From the sequence record NC_012223.2: a DNA stretch of 44,899 bases; one strand, given 5' to 3'. The notes under the pieces were generated by a model. That model saw nothing but the letters and a program-made list of their open reading frames with translations, did not search any database and had not been told where the DNA came from. How positions within the stretch are numbered: the first letter of the stretch is position 1; every line of letters begins with the position of its first letter. The stretch is from Escherichia phage SSL-2009a. The position numbers were made by a program, and so were the translations under genes. Shown in pieces: positions 26,353-34,138 of the stretch.

Positions 26353-26797
26353 GGTCTGGATCTATCGCGTACAGGGCAATTTTCTTATTACTGTTTAGAA
26401 CGCGTTGCACGCGCTTTGATTCCTCGGCGCCGAGCGGTCGGCAGTCGGAGTAGTAAGACCCGTTCCCCCGCCACGCAACCAGCACCAGGTCTTTCCGGTC
26501 AATCTTAGACTGGCGGCCCTTCGGACGCACGTACTCCTCGGCCCGTTTGCAATGCTCACGCAGCCCGTCGGCAGTGATGCGGTTTAGTGCAACGCTGGTG
26601 GTGTATCCGGTGCGCTGCATAATCCCCATCAATTCGAATAGCAGTTCGAAACGCTCCTCTAGCTCCTGGCGCACTTTCTTCTCCCCTTCATATAGCGCCT
26701 GGTTGGTGTCCGCCAACGCGTTCGCACGTTCGGCCTGTTCTCGAGCTTCGAGGCATTGCGCTGCCCAGTAATTTTTCTCTTCTTGTAAAATTTTCAT
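26339..26797 (-). CDS. hypothetical protein with N-terminal coiled coil
   Basis: 152 aa, SD GGAG 9 nt upstream; overlaps Dam start; no catalytic motif recognised. Confidence 0.5.
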   Translation of the reverse strand: MKILQEEKNYWAAQCLEAREQAERANALADTNQALYEGEKKVRQELEERFELLFELMGIMQRTGYTTSVALNRITADGLREHCKRAEEYVRPKGRQSKIDRKDLVLVAWRGNGSYYSDCRPLGAEESKRVQRVLNSNKKIALYAIDPDHAEE

Positions 26798-27040
26798 TTA
26801 TTTAATCTCCGTTGTGCGGATTTCATTGCGTGGAATAAGTTTGCCGCCAATCTCCACCCAGCAGACACCGTAGCGCCATTGGGTATTACGTCCCGTTTGC
26901 TCGGCGTACACGGTCTTGCATTCGTAGCGTTCCGTGTAGTAAATAGCCGTCGAAGGTATGCCAATACAACCGGCAATCATGAGGGTGAGTAGCACCCAAA
27001 ATCGAAGGTCGCCGTCGTAGTCGAAAAATAATGATTTCAT
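26798..27040 (-). CDS. small membrane protein
   Basis: 80 aa, SD GGAGA; one predicted TM helix (FWVLLTLMIAGCIGIPSTAIYY). Confidence 0.45.
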   Translation of the reverse strand: MKSLFFDYDGDLRFWVLLTLMIAGCIGIPSTAIYYTERYECKTVYAEQTGRNTQWRYGVCWVEIGGKLIPRNEIRTTEIK

Positions 27041-27059
27041 CTCACTGTCTCCGGGTATT

Positions 27060-27085
27060 AAAAAGGGCGTCCAAACCGGACACCC
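27060..27085 (-). terminator. intrinsic terminator hairpin on minus strand (between HNH-like gene and membrane protein gene)
   Basis: Minus-strand RNA GGGUGUCC-gguuu-GGACGCCC followed by UUUUU; located immediately downstream of a candidate promoter -10. Confidence 0.45.
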
Positions 27086-27087
27086 TC

Positions 27088-27121
27088 AATATAATGCAAC
27101 CAATATGATTATGCAACCAAT
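27088..27121 (-). promoter_or_regulatory. candidate promoter with two direct ATTGGTTGCAT sites (-35 TTGCAT, 17 nt, -10 TATATT)
   Basis: atgcaaccaat at 27094-27104 and 27111-27121 (+ strand); on the minus strand the first copy supplies TTGCAT, the second fills the spacer, TATATT at 27093-27088. Confidence 0.5.
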
Positions 27122-27444
27122 TTACGCATAAAAGTTAGGGTCGCGCGCAACGTCCACCAAATAGAGATTGCTGATCCGGTTGCCGTAATGGCCTGGCGTG
27201 CGCTGACGGCACACAACGGCAAAGCTGGGGGGATTGTATTGCCAGTCTCAATAATCCACGCCACGCGTGCGCCAGACAGCGTCTTGCCGTTGCATTCGAT
27301 ACGAGTACCGCCATCGGCAGTATTGAGGTTGCCAATCTTGCAGCCGGTGGACTTTAGGCGGATAACGCCTGTTTTGCTGTCGTAGGAAAAAAGCTGATTG
27401 GTCATTGCCACTGAAAAGTCGATGGCGTCGAATGCAGTATTCAT
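27109..27444 (-). CDS. HNH/AP2-like homing-endonuclease-related protein (putative)
   Basis: 111 aa, SD GAGGA; FSYDSKTGVIRLK...IECNGKTLSGARVAW resembles the N-terminal module of free-standing phage HNH endonucleases, but no clear HNH His was identified. Confidence 0.4.
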   Translation of the reverse strand: MNTAFDAIDFSVAMTNQLFSYDSKTGVIRLKSTGCKIGNLNTADGGTRIECNGKTLSGARVAWIIETGNTIPPALPLCAVSARQAITATGSAISIWWTLRATLTFMRKLVA

Positions 27445-28136
27445 TTTAAATTTTCCTCGTTAACCGCTATCGCGAAGCCGCGCGGGGTGAGCGACCTGAT
27501 TAATTTGGTGCGGGCAGATTTGCCTCCGAGGCGACTATACTGCTTCGAGTACCCTTTTTCAACGAATACCGGCTTTTTCTCTGGTATACGGAAGCCGTTG
27601 CCGGTCCATAAGCAGGTCAGCTTCGGATATGAATCGCGGGCGTTGATGTATTCCGGGAAGAGCGGGTGCACGTCATCCTCCGGCAAATAGCCGCCATACT
27701 CCCACGGGTCAAACGAGTGGTCCGGCTTACGCCATTGAGTGGAGAGCACGCTGCGCGGATTCTCAATCATATATGGCACTTCAAAGAAATCACCCAGGTA
27801 AGCGGCGATCTTCGCGGTGCGCACCGCCTTAAGCTGGAAGGCAGGGTCGCGGGCGCGTTTGCGCGGGAAAGCTGGCGCACCGCTCACCGCCAGATCCGTA
27901 CACGGCGGGAATGCGTATATGATATCCGGCGCGCCGAAATCACCATTCATCGCGCGGTCAACGAAGTCCAGGTCGATAAACTCATTACGATATCGAATGC
28001 CGCAACCATAGATCCGGTAATCAAGGTACAACCCGTGATCGGCTTCGGAGTAGTTGAAGCAATAACACTTATGCCCCATCTCGGCAGCACGCTCAATCAT
28101 CAAGCCGCTGCCGTCAAATAATGACCATATAATCAT
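27441..28136 (-). CDS. C5-cytosine DNA methyltransferase-like protein (short, no obvious target-recognition domain)
   Basis: 231 aa; motif I-like LFDGSG, PC motif AFPPCTDLAVSG, ENV-like MIENP; shorter than typical Dcm-class enzymes. Confidence 0.55.
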   Translation of the reverse strand: MIIWSLFDGSGLMIERAAEMGHKCYCFNYSEADHGLYLDYRIYGCGIRYRNEFIDLDFVDRAMNGDFGAPDIIYAFPPCTDLAVSGAPAFPRKRARDPAFQLKAVRTAKIAAYLGDFFEVPYMIENPRSVLSTQWRKPDHSFDPWEYGGYLPEDDVHPLFPEYINARDSYPKLTCLWTGNGFRIPEKKPVFVEKGYSKQYSRLGGKSARTKLIRSLTPRGFAIAVNEENLK

Positions 28137-29593
28137 TTGCGCGCCTTTTTAGCTTTCATGTATTCCATTAGATCGTCCTGGATATCGCGCTTACTGTCGC
28201 GACGCTCGGCGACCAGTTCGTCCAGTGTGCCGCGCGCCTGGATAATGTAGACGAATACTGGACGAGGGTGTCCGGCTTGCATCTGGCGAACTGGCCCGAT
28301 ACGCTCCACGATCTGCGCAAAGTGCTCATAGTTCCAGGTGTCTGAGAAGATAGCAAGGTGGTGTCCGCCATCCTGCAAGTTAAGGCCGTGACCCGCCGAA
28401 GCCGGGTGTGCGAACATGATGGGGATCTCACCCCTGTTCCACGCTTCCATATCCTTATTCCCTTGCTTTCCCTTACCCATCGCGACGCCGTGCGGGAATT
28501 TCTTCTTAAGACGTGCCAAGTCATGCTTGTACTGGTATGCGACGAGCAACGGCGCGCCGTTCAACTCCTCCACGATACTTTCCAGCGCGTCCAGTTTAGC
28601 GTCGTGAATTTTCACCCATTCGTCGGTGCGCTCGCCGTCTTCGTCGACTTTATACACGGCCCCGGAAGCAAGCTGAAGGCACTTAATAGTCTTCGACGCG
28701 GCGTTAGCCGCCTCCACTGTCCCGCTTTCCAGTTCGGCAAATAGCTCCGCTTCGAACTGGTCATAAATCTTGCGGGCTTTCTTCGGCAGGTCCACAACAA
28801 CCGGCGTATAGATCGGCTTGTCACACCCGAAGTATTCAGCCGCGTCAACTGTTAGCGACACGTCGGACAGGCGTTGTTGGATTTCTTTCTCGGAGTTCTT
28901 AAGCGGGGCGTGCTGCATAGTGAAGCTGCCAGGCTTAACAGGCTTGCTAATAAACCAGCGATCCGTGAATGCCTTATAACTACTGCCGAGGCGTTCGCCC
29001 CCGTCGACAAACCACGTCTGGCCCCATAGGTCTTTTAGTCCGTTTGGTGCGGGTGTGCCGGTCAGGTTAATCCAGCGCTTGACGTGCTTATGTGCGATCG
29101 CCGCCAGGGCGCGGGCGCGCTTACTTCCCTGCTTGCTTCTATATCCTTTCAGCTTAGTGGATTCATCGGCAACAACGACCGTAAAGGGCCACTCGTCGCC
29201 GCAATACTCAACAAGCCACTCAACCACATCATAGTTAACACAAACCACGTTAGCGTCGCTCTCAAGCGCAGCGATGCGGTCCTTCTCTGACCCGGTGCCG
29301 TCTACTACCAGCAGGGCGGGGAAGCGCCATTTTTCTTGTTCCGGGGGCCATGTGCCAGATGCAACGCGCAGCGGGGCCAGCACCAGTACGCGGTCCTCCT
29401 GGTTGGACAGGATGCCGGTCTGGAACATTTTATTCAGCGCCCACATGGTCGCGCCTGTTTTACCCGACCCCATTGTCGCCCAAATATTGCAGCGCTTATG
29501 CTTGAGGATGAACGCGGTTATCAACTTCTGATATTCGCGACGTCGGAAACGTGCCATATCTTTATTCCGCCTTTTTCCAGACTTCGGTTTCAC
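28133..29593 (-). CDS. SNF2-family DNA helicase
   Basis: 486 aa; Walker A TMGSGKTG, motif II VVADESTKLK, SNF2 motif III LTGTPAPN, C-terminal helicase motifs; GTG start with SD AAGGA. Confidence 0.8.
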   Translation of the reverse strand: MKPKSGKRRNKDMARFRRREYQKLITAFILKHKRCNIWATMGSGKTGATMWALNKMFQTGILSNQEDRVLVLAPLRVASGTWPPEQEKWRFPALLVVDGTGSEKDRIAALESDANVVCVNYDVVEWLVEYCGDEWPFTVVVADESTKLKGYRSKQGSKRARALAAIAHKHVKRWINLTGTPAPNGLKDLWGQTWFVDGGERLGSSYKAFTDRWFISKPVKPGSFTMQHAPLKNSEKEIQQRLSDVSLTVDAAEYFGCDKPIYTPVVVDLPKKARKIYDQFEAELFAELESGTVEAANAASKTIKCLQLASGAVYKVDEDGERTDEWVKIHDAKLDALESIVEELNGAPLLVAYQYKHDLARLKKKFPHGVAMGKGKQGNKDMEAWNRGEIPIMFAHPASAGHGLNLQDGGHHLAIFSDTWNYEHFAQIVERIGPVRQMQAGHPRPVFVYIIQARGTLDELVAERRDSKRDIQDDLMEYMKAKKARK

Positions 29594-29780
29594 TGTTCCA
29601 GTTCCTTTTTGTGGCGTCGTAGTTGGTGGCGTGTCCGATGTGCACGCCGGTCGCCCGGAAGCTCTTAAATTTTTGCCAGCACACCGTTAACGGCAGCGGG
29701 TAATTCATGCCTGCGATAAACCATACTCGATCGCCTGGTTTGCATTCGCCCAGTGTGGTTAGTCGGTAGTGTTCTTTCAT
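29562..29780 (-). CDS. hypothetical small protein
   Basis: 72 aa from ATG 29780 (SD GGGAG 8 nt upstream); overlaps helicase start. Confidence 0.35.
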   Translation of the reverse strand: MKEHYRLTTLGECKPGDRVWFIAGMNYPLPLTVCWQKFKSFRATGVHIGHATNYDATKRNWNSETEVWKKAE

Positions 29781-29790
29781 CGTCATGTCT

Positions 29791-29816
29791 CCCAAAAATG
29801 GCGGGACAAGCCCGCC
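29791..29816 (-). terminator. intrinsic terminator on minus strand (GGCGGG-cuugu-CCCGCC + UUUUU), contains a GCGGGACA unit
   Basis: Hairpin directly after the stop of gene 29824-29997; T-run on the minus strand. Confidence 0.45.
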
Positions 29817-29823
29817 GTATTAA

Positions 29824-29997
29824 TTATGCTTGCGCGGCACGGTAGCGGCGCTGCCGTTCACGCTCTTTTTTATTTCGGCACGATTTGCACTCGGCCCGAT
29901 ACCCGTCTGGGCTGCGCGCCGTCTTTCCGGTGTATTTGTGGAACTGGGATAGCGGTTTAACACAACCGCAATTACTACAACGTTTTTCTTCAACCAT
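29824..29997 (-). CDS. small zinc-ribbon protein with basic tail
   Basis: 57 aa from ATG 29997 (SD GAGGA 8 nt upstream); CxxC...C..C (CSNCGC ... ECKSC) followed by KKERERQRRYR. Confidence 0.4.
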   Translation of the reverse strand: MVEEKRCSNCGCVKPLSQFHKYTGKTARSPDGYRAECKSCRNKKERERQRRYRAAQA

Positions 29998-30028
29998 TTC
30001 TAAAATCCTCGATAGGGCTAACCGGCCC

Positions 30029-30062
30029 ACTATACTGCTACGCGACCAATTCAGCAACCAAT
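30029..30062 (-). promoter_or_regulatory. candidate promoter (-35 TTGCTG within ATTGGTTGCTG, 17 nt, -10 TATAGT)
   Basis: On the minus strand; -35 overlaps the last codons of the VRR-NUC gene, -10 at 30034-30029, upstream of the zinc-ribbon gene. Confidence 0.4.
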
Positions 30063-30316
30063 AAATCACAGTCGTCTATGTTGTCGATGACGCGAACGTC
30101 CGCACCACGGCGGGCCATTCGCTCATGTTCACGTATCTGGTGCGGCTTCGGTTTTCCGCCCGGGCGCTTCACTTCGACGAACACTATTTTGCCGTTGATG
30201 ATGATAATCAGATCGGGCGCACCTGCGCGCCCCTCCCATGCCACTTTACGGCAGAATCCGCCGACGGCTTTCACCTGTTTCATCAGGTATATTTGAATCC
30301 TGCCCTCGGGTGTCAT
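30038..30316 (-). CDS. VRR-NUC domain nuclease
   Basis: 92 aa; GAPDLIII...VFVEVKRPGGKPKPHQ matches the PD-(D/E)xK pattern of VRR-NUC proteins (D, E-x-K, Q). Confidence 0.65.
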   Translation of the reverse strand: MTPEGRIQIYLMKQVKAVGGFCRKVAWEGRAGAPDLIIIINGKIVFVEVKRPGGKPKPHQIREHERMARRGADVRVIDNIDDCDLLVAELVA

Positions 30317-30504
30317 TTTGTTTGCAACTCCACGTTACGCAGACGAAGGTCTACCGGTATCTCCGATCGACCAGTTAGCGCCAGCGCCAGGTTTTCCGGT
30401 GTGACAAGTGCCGTAATGGTCTTGCCACGTTCCAGTCTAATGACGATGCTAATCTCATCATTGTCCGCCGCGCCAGCGCGCATAATGCTCATATCTGCTT
30501 TCAT
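30313..30504 (-). CDS. hypothetical small protein
   Basis: 63 aa from ATG 30504 (SD AGGAA 8 nt upstream; ORF extends to TTG 30549); immediately downstream of the DNA polymerase stop. Confidence 0.4.
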   Translation of the reverse strand: MKADMSIMRAGAADNDEISIVIRLERGKTITALVTPENLALALTGRSEIPVDLRLRNVELQTK

Positions 30505-30508
30505 AATA

Positions 30509-32800
30509 TTATTTCCTGTACCTATACATAATGTCGCCTTCCGCGGCAAGCGGGAATCCTTTCGCCCAAACCGGCAGGTCGCACATCAGCGCGCACAACT
30601 CCTCGGTTGTGTAGTCGTCGGTATCCGGCACTTCGGTTATCAGTTCATCGTGTACGGACAGTACGATCTCATACCCCGCAGCTTCAACGCCAGGCATGGA
30701 CCATGCGAGGATATCGCGGCACAGCGCCTGCACGATGTTTTCCGTCAGTTTGCCGCCGTAGGTGTACTGGAATCCCCACTGGCGCGTCGTCTGATTCTCA
30801 CCCTGATATTTAATGCGGGTGCTGGTGCGTTTCTTGCCGGTGTCTTCGTCGATCTCGGTCGTGACAGACAGCGCGATGCCGGGGTAGCTCATGATGCGCC
30901 CCGACGGTAACTCAATTTTCAACCACCACCCCGCGGCGTTCGGGTCGTCGCGTTCCTCGTCGAAGGTTGGGTCATGCTTCGCCTTCGTGCGGACTATCTT
31001 GAGCGCTTTCTTTCCATCCGGGCGAACGTTCGCGCCCGCCCAGTACGCTTTGCCCGGATTGCGGATCGCACAGAGCACCGCGTCTTCCAGTTCGGCCCAA
31101 AATGCTACCGTCTTCGGGTGCGACTCACGCCACATACGTTTGATTGCATCACACGTCAGCCATACGTTTTTCGGCAGTATGTAAGTCGGGCGCTCGTCCT
31201 TCTTGCCCGGCTTCGGCGGGCGCTTCGCTTCGTTAATGCGGGCGTATTCATAACCCCGTTTCGCCGCCGCCCATATGTGATCGGGGAATGTGCCCTTCAT
31301 CACTTCAGCCATCGCGTAAAGGTCGAGGCCCAGGTTTTTAGCGAACTGCAAGAACGCCGCCACGCCGCCACCATAGCCCAGGCCCAATTCGCACGCCTTA
31401 CCGATCTGGCGTAAGTCTTTGCGGTTGGCTTTAATGTATTCTGGGTCAAGGCCGAACATCTTACCGGCAGTTTCACAATAAATGTCGCGACCGGCCTTAA
31501 ACACCATTAGCGCTGTTTTCTCGCCAGCGATCCAGGCAAGTCCACGCCCTTCCACGTTGGAGTAGTCCGCTACGACAAACTTCTTACCCTTCGCCGGAAT
31601 AATGCACCCACGAACAGTCGAGGCCGTTAGCTTCGATATGTCATACGCCCAGTGCGCTGTCCCACGTAACAGGGAGTTGATGCCGTTGGTGAGCATGTGC
31701 GACCGCACCCAAAACGCGACGTCGCTCTCGCCCTCACGGCGCTTAATCTTCCCTTCGTGGTCGTCGCTATACTCGCCTCGCGCCAGGTTTTGCGGCTGGA
31801 AGCCTTTACCGGCCCAGCGTAGCGTGCGCTTTGCCCCACCATACTGAAGACAACCACGGCGGCGACCATCGGCGGACAGACCATTTACAAGCGGATTGTA
31901 CTTAGTCGATGCCGTTGATGACGCACCGAGGCGCATTTCGATAAGCACTTTGCCTTCGTCGGGGAAGTCTGGGTCTTCCAGCAGGTCGTTAAGCGTGGAT
32001 TTCTGCGCGTTGTGAATTGTGAACGCAGGCGCGAGGTCGCGCAGCGCTGGCAAGAAGTCATTGCCAGTCAGCTTACCGCCGAAGCGCTCCCAGGCTTCTT
32101 CCTTCAATTCTTCCTTATGCGCCTGTACCGCTTTGATCGCAGCGCGCGCCAGGTCAACGTCCACATAGAAGCCGCGGTCATTGATCAACTGGTCAATAAG
32201 CAGGATTTCGTCTTCCTTCGGCGTGTTACCCCAGTCCGGTATGCGCCAATAGACTTCCCTCATCGCTATAATATCCAGCGCGGCATAGCGCAGGAATTTA
32301 GCCCATTCTTCAGGGTGAGTCTCGCGAGTGTAGCGGCGGATTTTGTAAGTCTTAGGGGTGGGCTTACAGAATCGTTTAATCAGCGCCTTGCCTGCCTTAT
32401 CCTTCGCGTGCTCTGCGTCAACGCCCAGCACCTGGCATTGCATATCGAGGCTACCGGGCAGCGCGTGGCGAAAGGCCATAATCATGGTATCTTCGATCTG
32501 ACACACTGGCAGGTCAATGCCCCACTTCTCGCGAATAACCAGGCGGTCAAACAGGAGGCCGTTAGCCATCACTATTTTTGCTTTCTTGCGGGATACCCGG
32601 CGGAGCGCCTTGCGCAGTTCACGCGGCATTGTGGGGGACTCGGTGCAATCCCACGTTTGCACGCGGCCTTCGTCGATGGCGTATGTGCAAATCATAATCT
32701 CAGTAGTTGGGTGTTCCGCGTAGGCGTATGCGCCCACTTTCTTCAGATCCACCCCGCTAAATGTCTCGGTATCGAGAAACAGGCGTTCAAAGTCTTTCAT
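30509..32800 (-). CDS. DNA polymerase I-type (family A) with 3'-5' exonuclease domain
   Basis: 763 aa; N-terminal exo motif LFLDTETFSG; polymerase motif A VADYSNVEGRGLAW, motif B RQIGKACELGLGYGGG, motif C VHDELI. Confidence 0.9.
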   Translation of the reverse strand: MKDFERLFLDTETFSGVDLKKVGAYAYAEHPTTEIMICTYAIDEGRVQTWDCTESPTMPRELRKALRRVSRKKAKIVMANGLLFDRLVIREKWGIDLPVCQIEDTMIMAFRHALPGSLDMQCQVLGVDAEHAKDKAGKALIKRFCKPTPKTYKIRRYTRETHPEEWAKFLRYAALDIIAMREVYWRIPDWGNTPKEDEILLIDQLINDRGFYVDVDLARAAIKAVQAHKEELKEEAWERFGGKLTGNDFLPALRDLAPAFTIHNAQKSTLNDLLEDPDFPDEGKVLIEMRLGASSTASTKYNPLVNGLSADGRRRGCLQYGGAKRTLRWAGKGFQPQNLARGEYSDDHEGKIKRREGESDVAFWVRSHMLTNGINSLLRGTAHWAYDISKLTASTVRGCIIPAKGKKFVVADYSNVEGRGLAWIAGEKTALMVFKAGRDIYCETAGKMFGLDPEYIKANRKDLRQIGKACELGLGYGGGVAAFLQFAKNLGLDLYAMAEVMKGTFPDHIWAAAKRGYEYARINEAKRPPKPGKKDERPTYILPKNVWLTCDAIKRMWRESHPKTVAFWAELEDAVLCAIRNPGKAYWAGANVRPDGKKALKIVRTKAKHDPTFDEERDDPNAAGWWLKIELPSGRIMSYPGIALSVTTEIDEDTGKKRTSTRIKYQGENQTTRQWGFQYTYGGKLTENIVQALCRDILAWSMPGVEAAGYEIVLSVHDELITEVPDTDDYTTEELCALMCDLPVWAKGFPLAAEGDIMYRYRK

Positions 32801-32967
32801 TGCTTAATCCTCACCACGGCGTCAGCACTGCCGATCATGGAGAAGATACCGTCGGAAAGGGTAATCTCCTCGCCGTTGTTGCGAATCTCGGCAACTGTGA
32901 AATATTCGCCCAGCATTTTGGACCATACTTGCATTCCGACTTTTACTTCGCTGGCTTTAATACGCAT
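32797..32967 (-). CDS. hypothetical small protein (56 aa), translationally coupled to DNA polymerase
   Basis: ATG at 32967, stop overlaps the polymerase start codon (ATGA); below the 60-aa cut-off of the ORF track, found by manual translation. Confidence 0.35.
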   Translation of the reverse strand: MRIKASEVKVGMQVWSKMLGEYFTVAEIRNNGEEITLSDGIFSMIGSADAVVRIKQ

Positions 32968-32982
32968 TTTTCATTGTCCTAT

Positions 32983-33006
32983 TAAAAAGCCCGCATTAAG
33001 CGGGCT
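32983..33006 (-). terminator. intrinsic terminator on minus strand after SSB gene
   Basis: GCCCGC-loop-GCGGGC with UUUUU on the minus-strand transcript. Confidence 0.5.
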
Positions 33007-33025
33007 TGAATAGTGGGCTTTGCCC

Positions 33026-33805
33026 TTAACGGCGGCGACGTTTACGTGGCGCTTCGTCTTCGTCGTCGTCCTCATCTTCGTCATCGCGTGGCTTACGACG
33101 TTTACGAGGTTTTTCATCTTCGTCGTCTTCGTCATCGCGGCGCTTGGACTTTTTGGACTTGCGCGGCTTGTCGTCTTCGTCATCGTCATCACGACGTTTT
33201 GACTTTTTGGACTTGCGCGGGCTTTCATCTTCGTCATCGTTGTCCAGGTCTTCGTCTGAGCACGAAGATCCGCCACCGCCGAAGGCTTCGCCGTCATCAC
33301 GGAAGCGCAGACCCAAAAGACCAGCACCGAGTCCCTTGCCGTTGGTATTGTTCCACGCCCAGATATCGAGGGACACGTTGCAATAACAACCGGAGTAGAT
33401 CTCCTGGCCTTCGATCTCGTCGCCTTCTACGGTCAGACCTTGTTCAGTCTGCTTCTCGCCGAGTGACGTTTGAATGATCGGCTGCTTGAACGATTTGGCG
33501 TTGATGTACAACATGCCTTCGAATTCTTCGGTTACTTCGTCGCGCTCGTCACCGTCGCGAACTGCGCATTCCTTAGAATCCTGGGCGTAGTGGCGGTCCA
33601 TCCACTTATCGGCATTCTTCTCGGATTTCAGCTTGTCGGTGAGCACTGCGCGCGCTGCCGCTTCCACTTTGTCCACCTGCGGATCTTCTTTATCCAGAAG
33701 AATCACGGCACGGTATGCCGGTTTTTGTCCATCCTGTTTAGGGGTATCACGTTCCCAAATTTTCAGGAAACATACGCGCACTTTTTTCAGGTTGACTTTA
33801 GCCAT
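33026..33805 (-). CDS. single-stranded DNA-binding protein candidate (T7 gp2.5-like) with repetitive mixed-charge C-terminal tail
   Basis: 259 aa from ATG 33805 (SD AGGAA); N-terminus MAKVNLKKVRVCF resembles gp2.5-like SSBs (by recollection); C-terminal 70 residues are tandem D/E-rich and KPRKSKKSKRR-type repeats. Confidence 0.5.
   Translation of the reverse strand: MAKVNLKKVRVCFLKIWERDTPKQDGQKPAYRAVILLDKEDPQVDKVEAAARAVLTDKLKSEKNADKWMDRHYAQDSKECAVRDGDERDEVTEEFEGMLYINAKSFKQPIIQTSLGEKQTEQGLTVEGDEIEGQEIYSGCYCNVSLDIWAWNNTNGKGLGAGLLGLRFRDDGEAFGGGGSSCSDEDLDNDDEDESPRKSKKSKRRDDDDEDDKPRKSKKSKRRDDEDDEDEKPRKRRKPRDDEDEDDDEDEAPRKRRRR
33030..33245 (-). repeat. tandem coding repeats (about 55-bp period) in the SSB C-terminal tail
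   Basis: ttggactttttggacttgcgcgg repeated at 33144-33166 and 33198-33220 with flanking gtc/ttc triplet runs. Confidence 0.55.
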
Positions 33806-33861
33806 TTTCCAATTCCTCATTTTCACATGTATCGGGGTTATTGTGAGCCACCCCGTTCGGC

Positions 33862-33886
33862 TTGGTTGCCAATCTACTTGGTTGCG
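33862..33886 (+). promoter_or_regulatory. two direct TTGGTTGC half-sites (plus-strand orientation) between minus-strand genes
   Basis: cttggttgcc (33861-33870) and cttggttgcg (33877-33886), spaced 16 bp; orientation opposite to the flanking genes. Confidence 0.35.
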
Positions 33887-33895
33887 CCTAAGCGG

Positions 33896-34138
33896 TCAAG
33901 CACTTTCATTAAAAAGATTTCTGGTCACGTAGTTGGTGGCGTTCTCAATCCAGCTTAACGGCGGTCGGTCGATGTTCTTCTCCACCCAGTGGACGGCAGC
34001 GTCACTATATCCGTCATCAAGCCAGCGGGTCGGATGGCGAATCATCCACGCCACCATTAACACGCCTTGCACGCAATGCAGGATAAAGCCCAGCGCGCCG
34101 AGTAAAAACATCAATAAGATTGCAAATACTTTATTCAT
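33896..34138 (-). CDS. small membrane protein (two predicted TM helices)
   Basis: 80 aa, SD GAGGA; hydrophobic segments FAILLMFLLGALGFIL and VLMVAWMI. Confidence 0.45.
   Translation of the reverse strand: MNKVFAILLMFLLGALGFILHCVQGVLMVAWMIRHPTRWLDDGYSDAAVHWVEKNIDRPPLSWIENATNYVTRNLFNESA

Noticed and set aside
32971-33327. 118-aa minus-strand ORF overlapping the 3' end of the SSB gene in another frame
   Set aside because: It is generated by the tandem charged-codon repeats of the SSB tail read out of frame, and it spans the terminator at 32983-33006.
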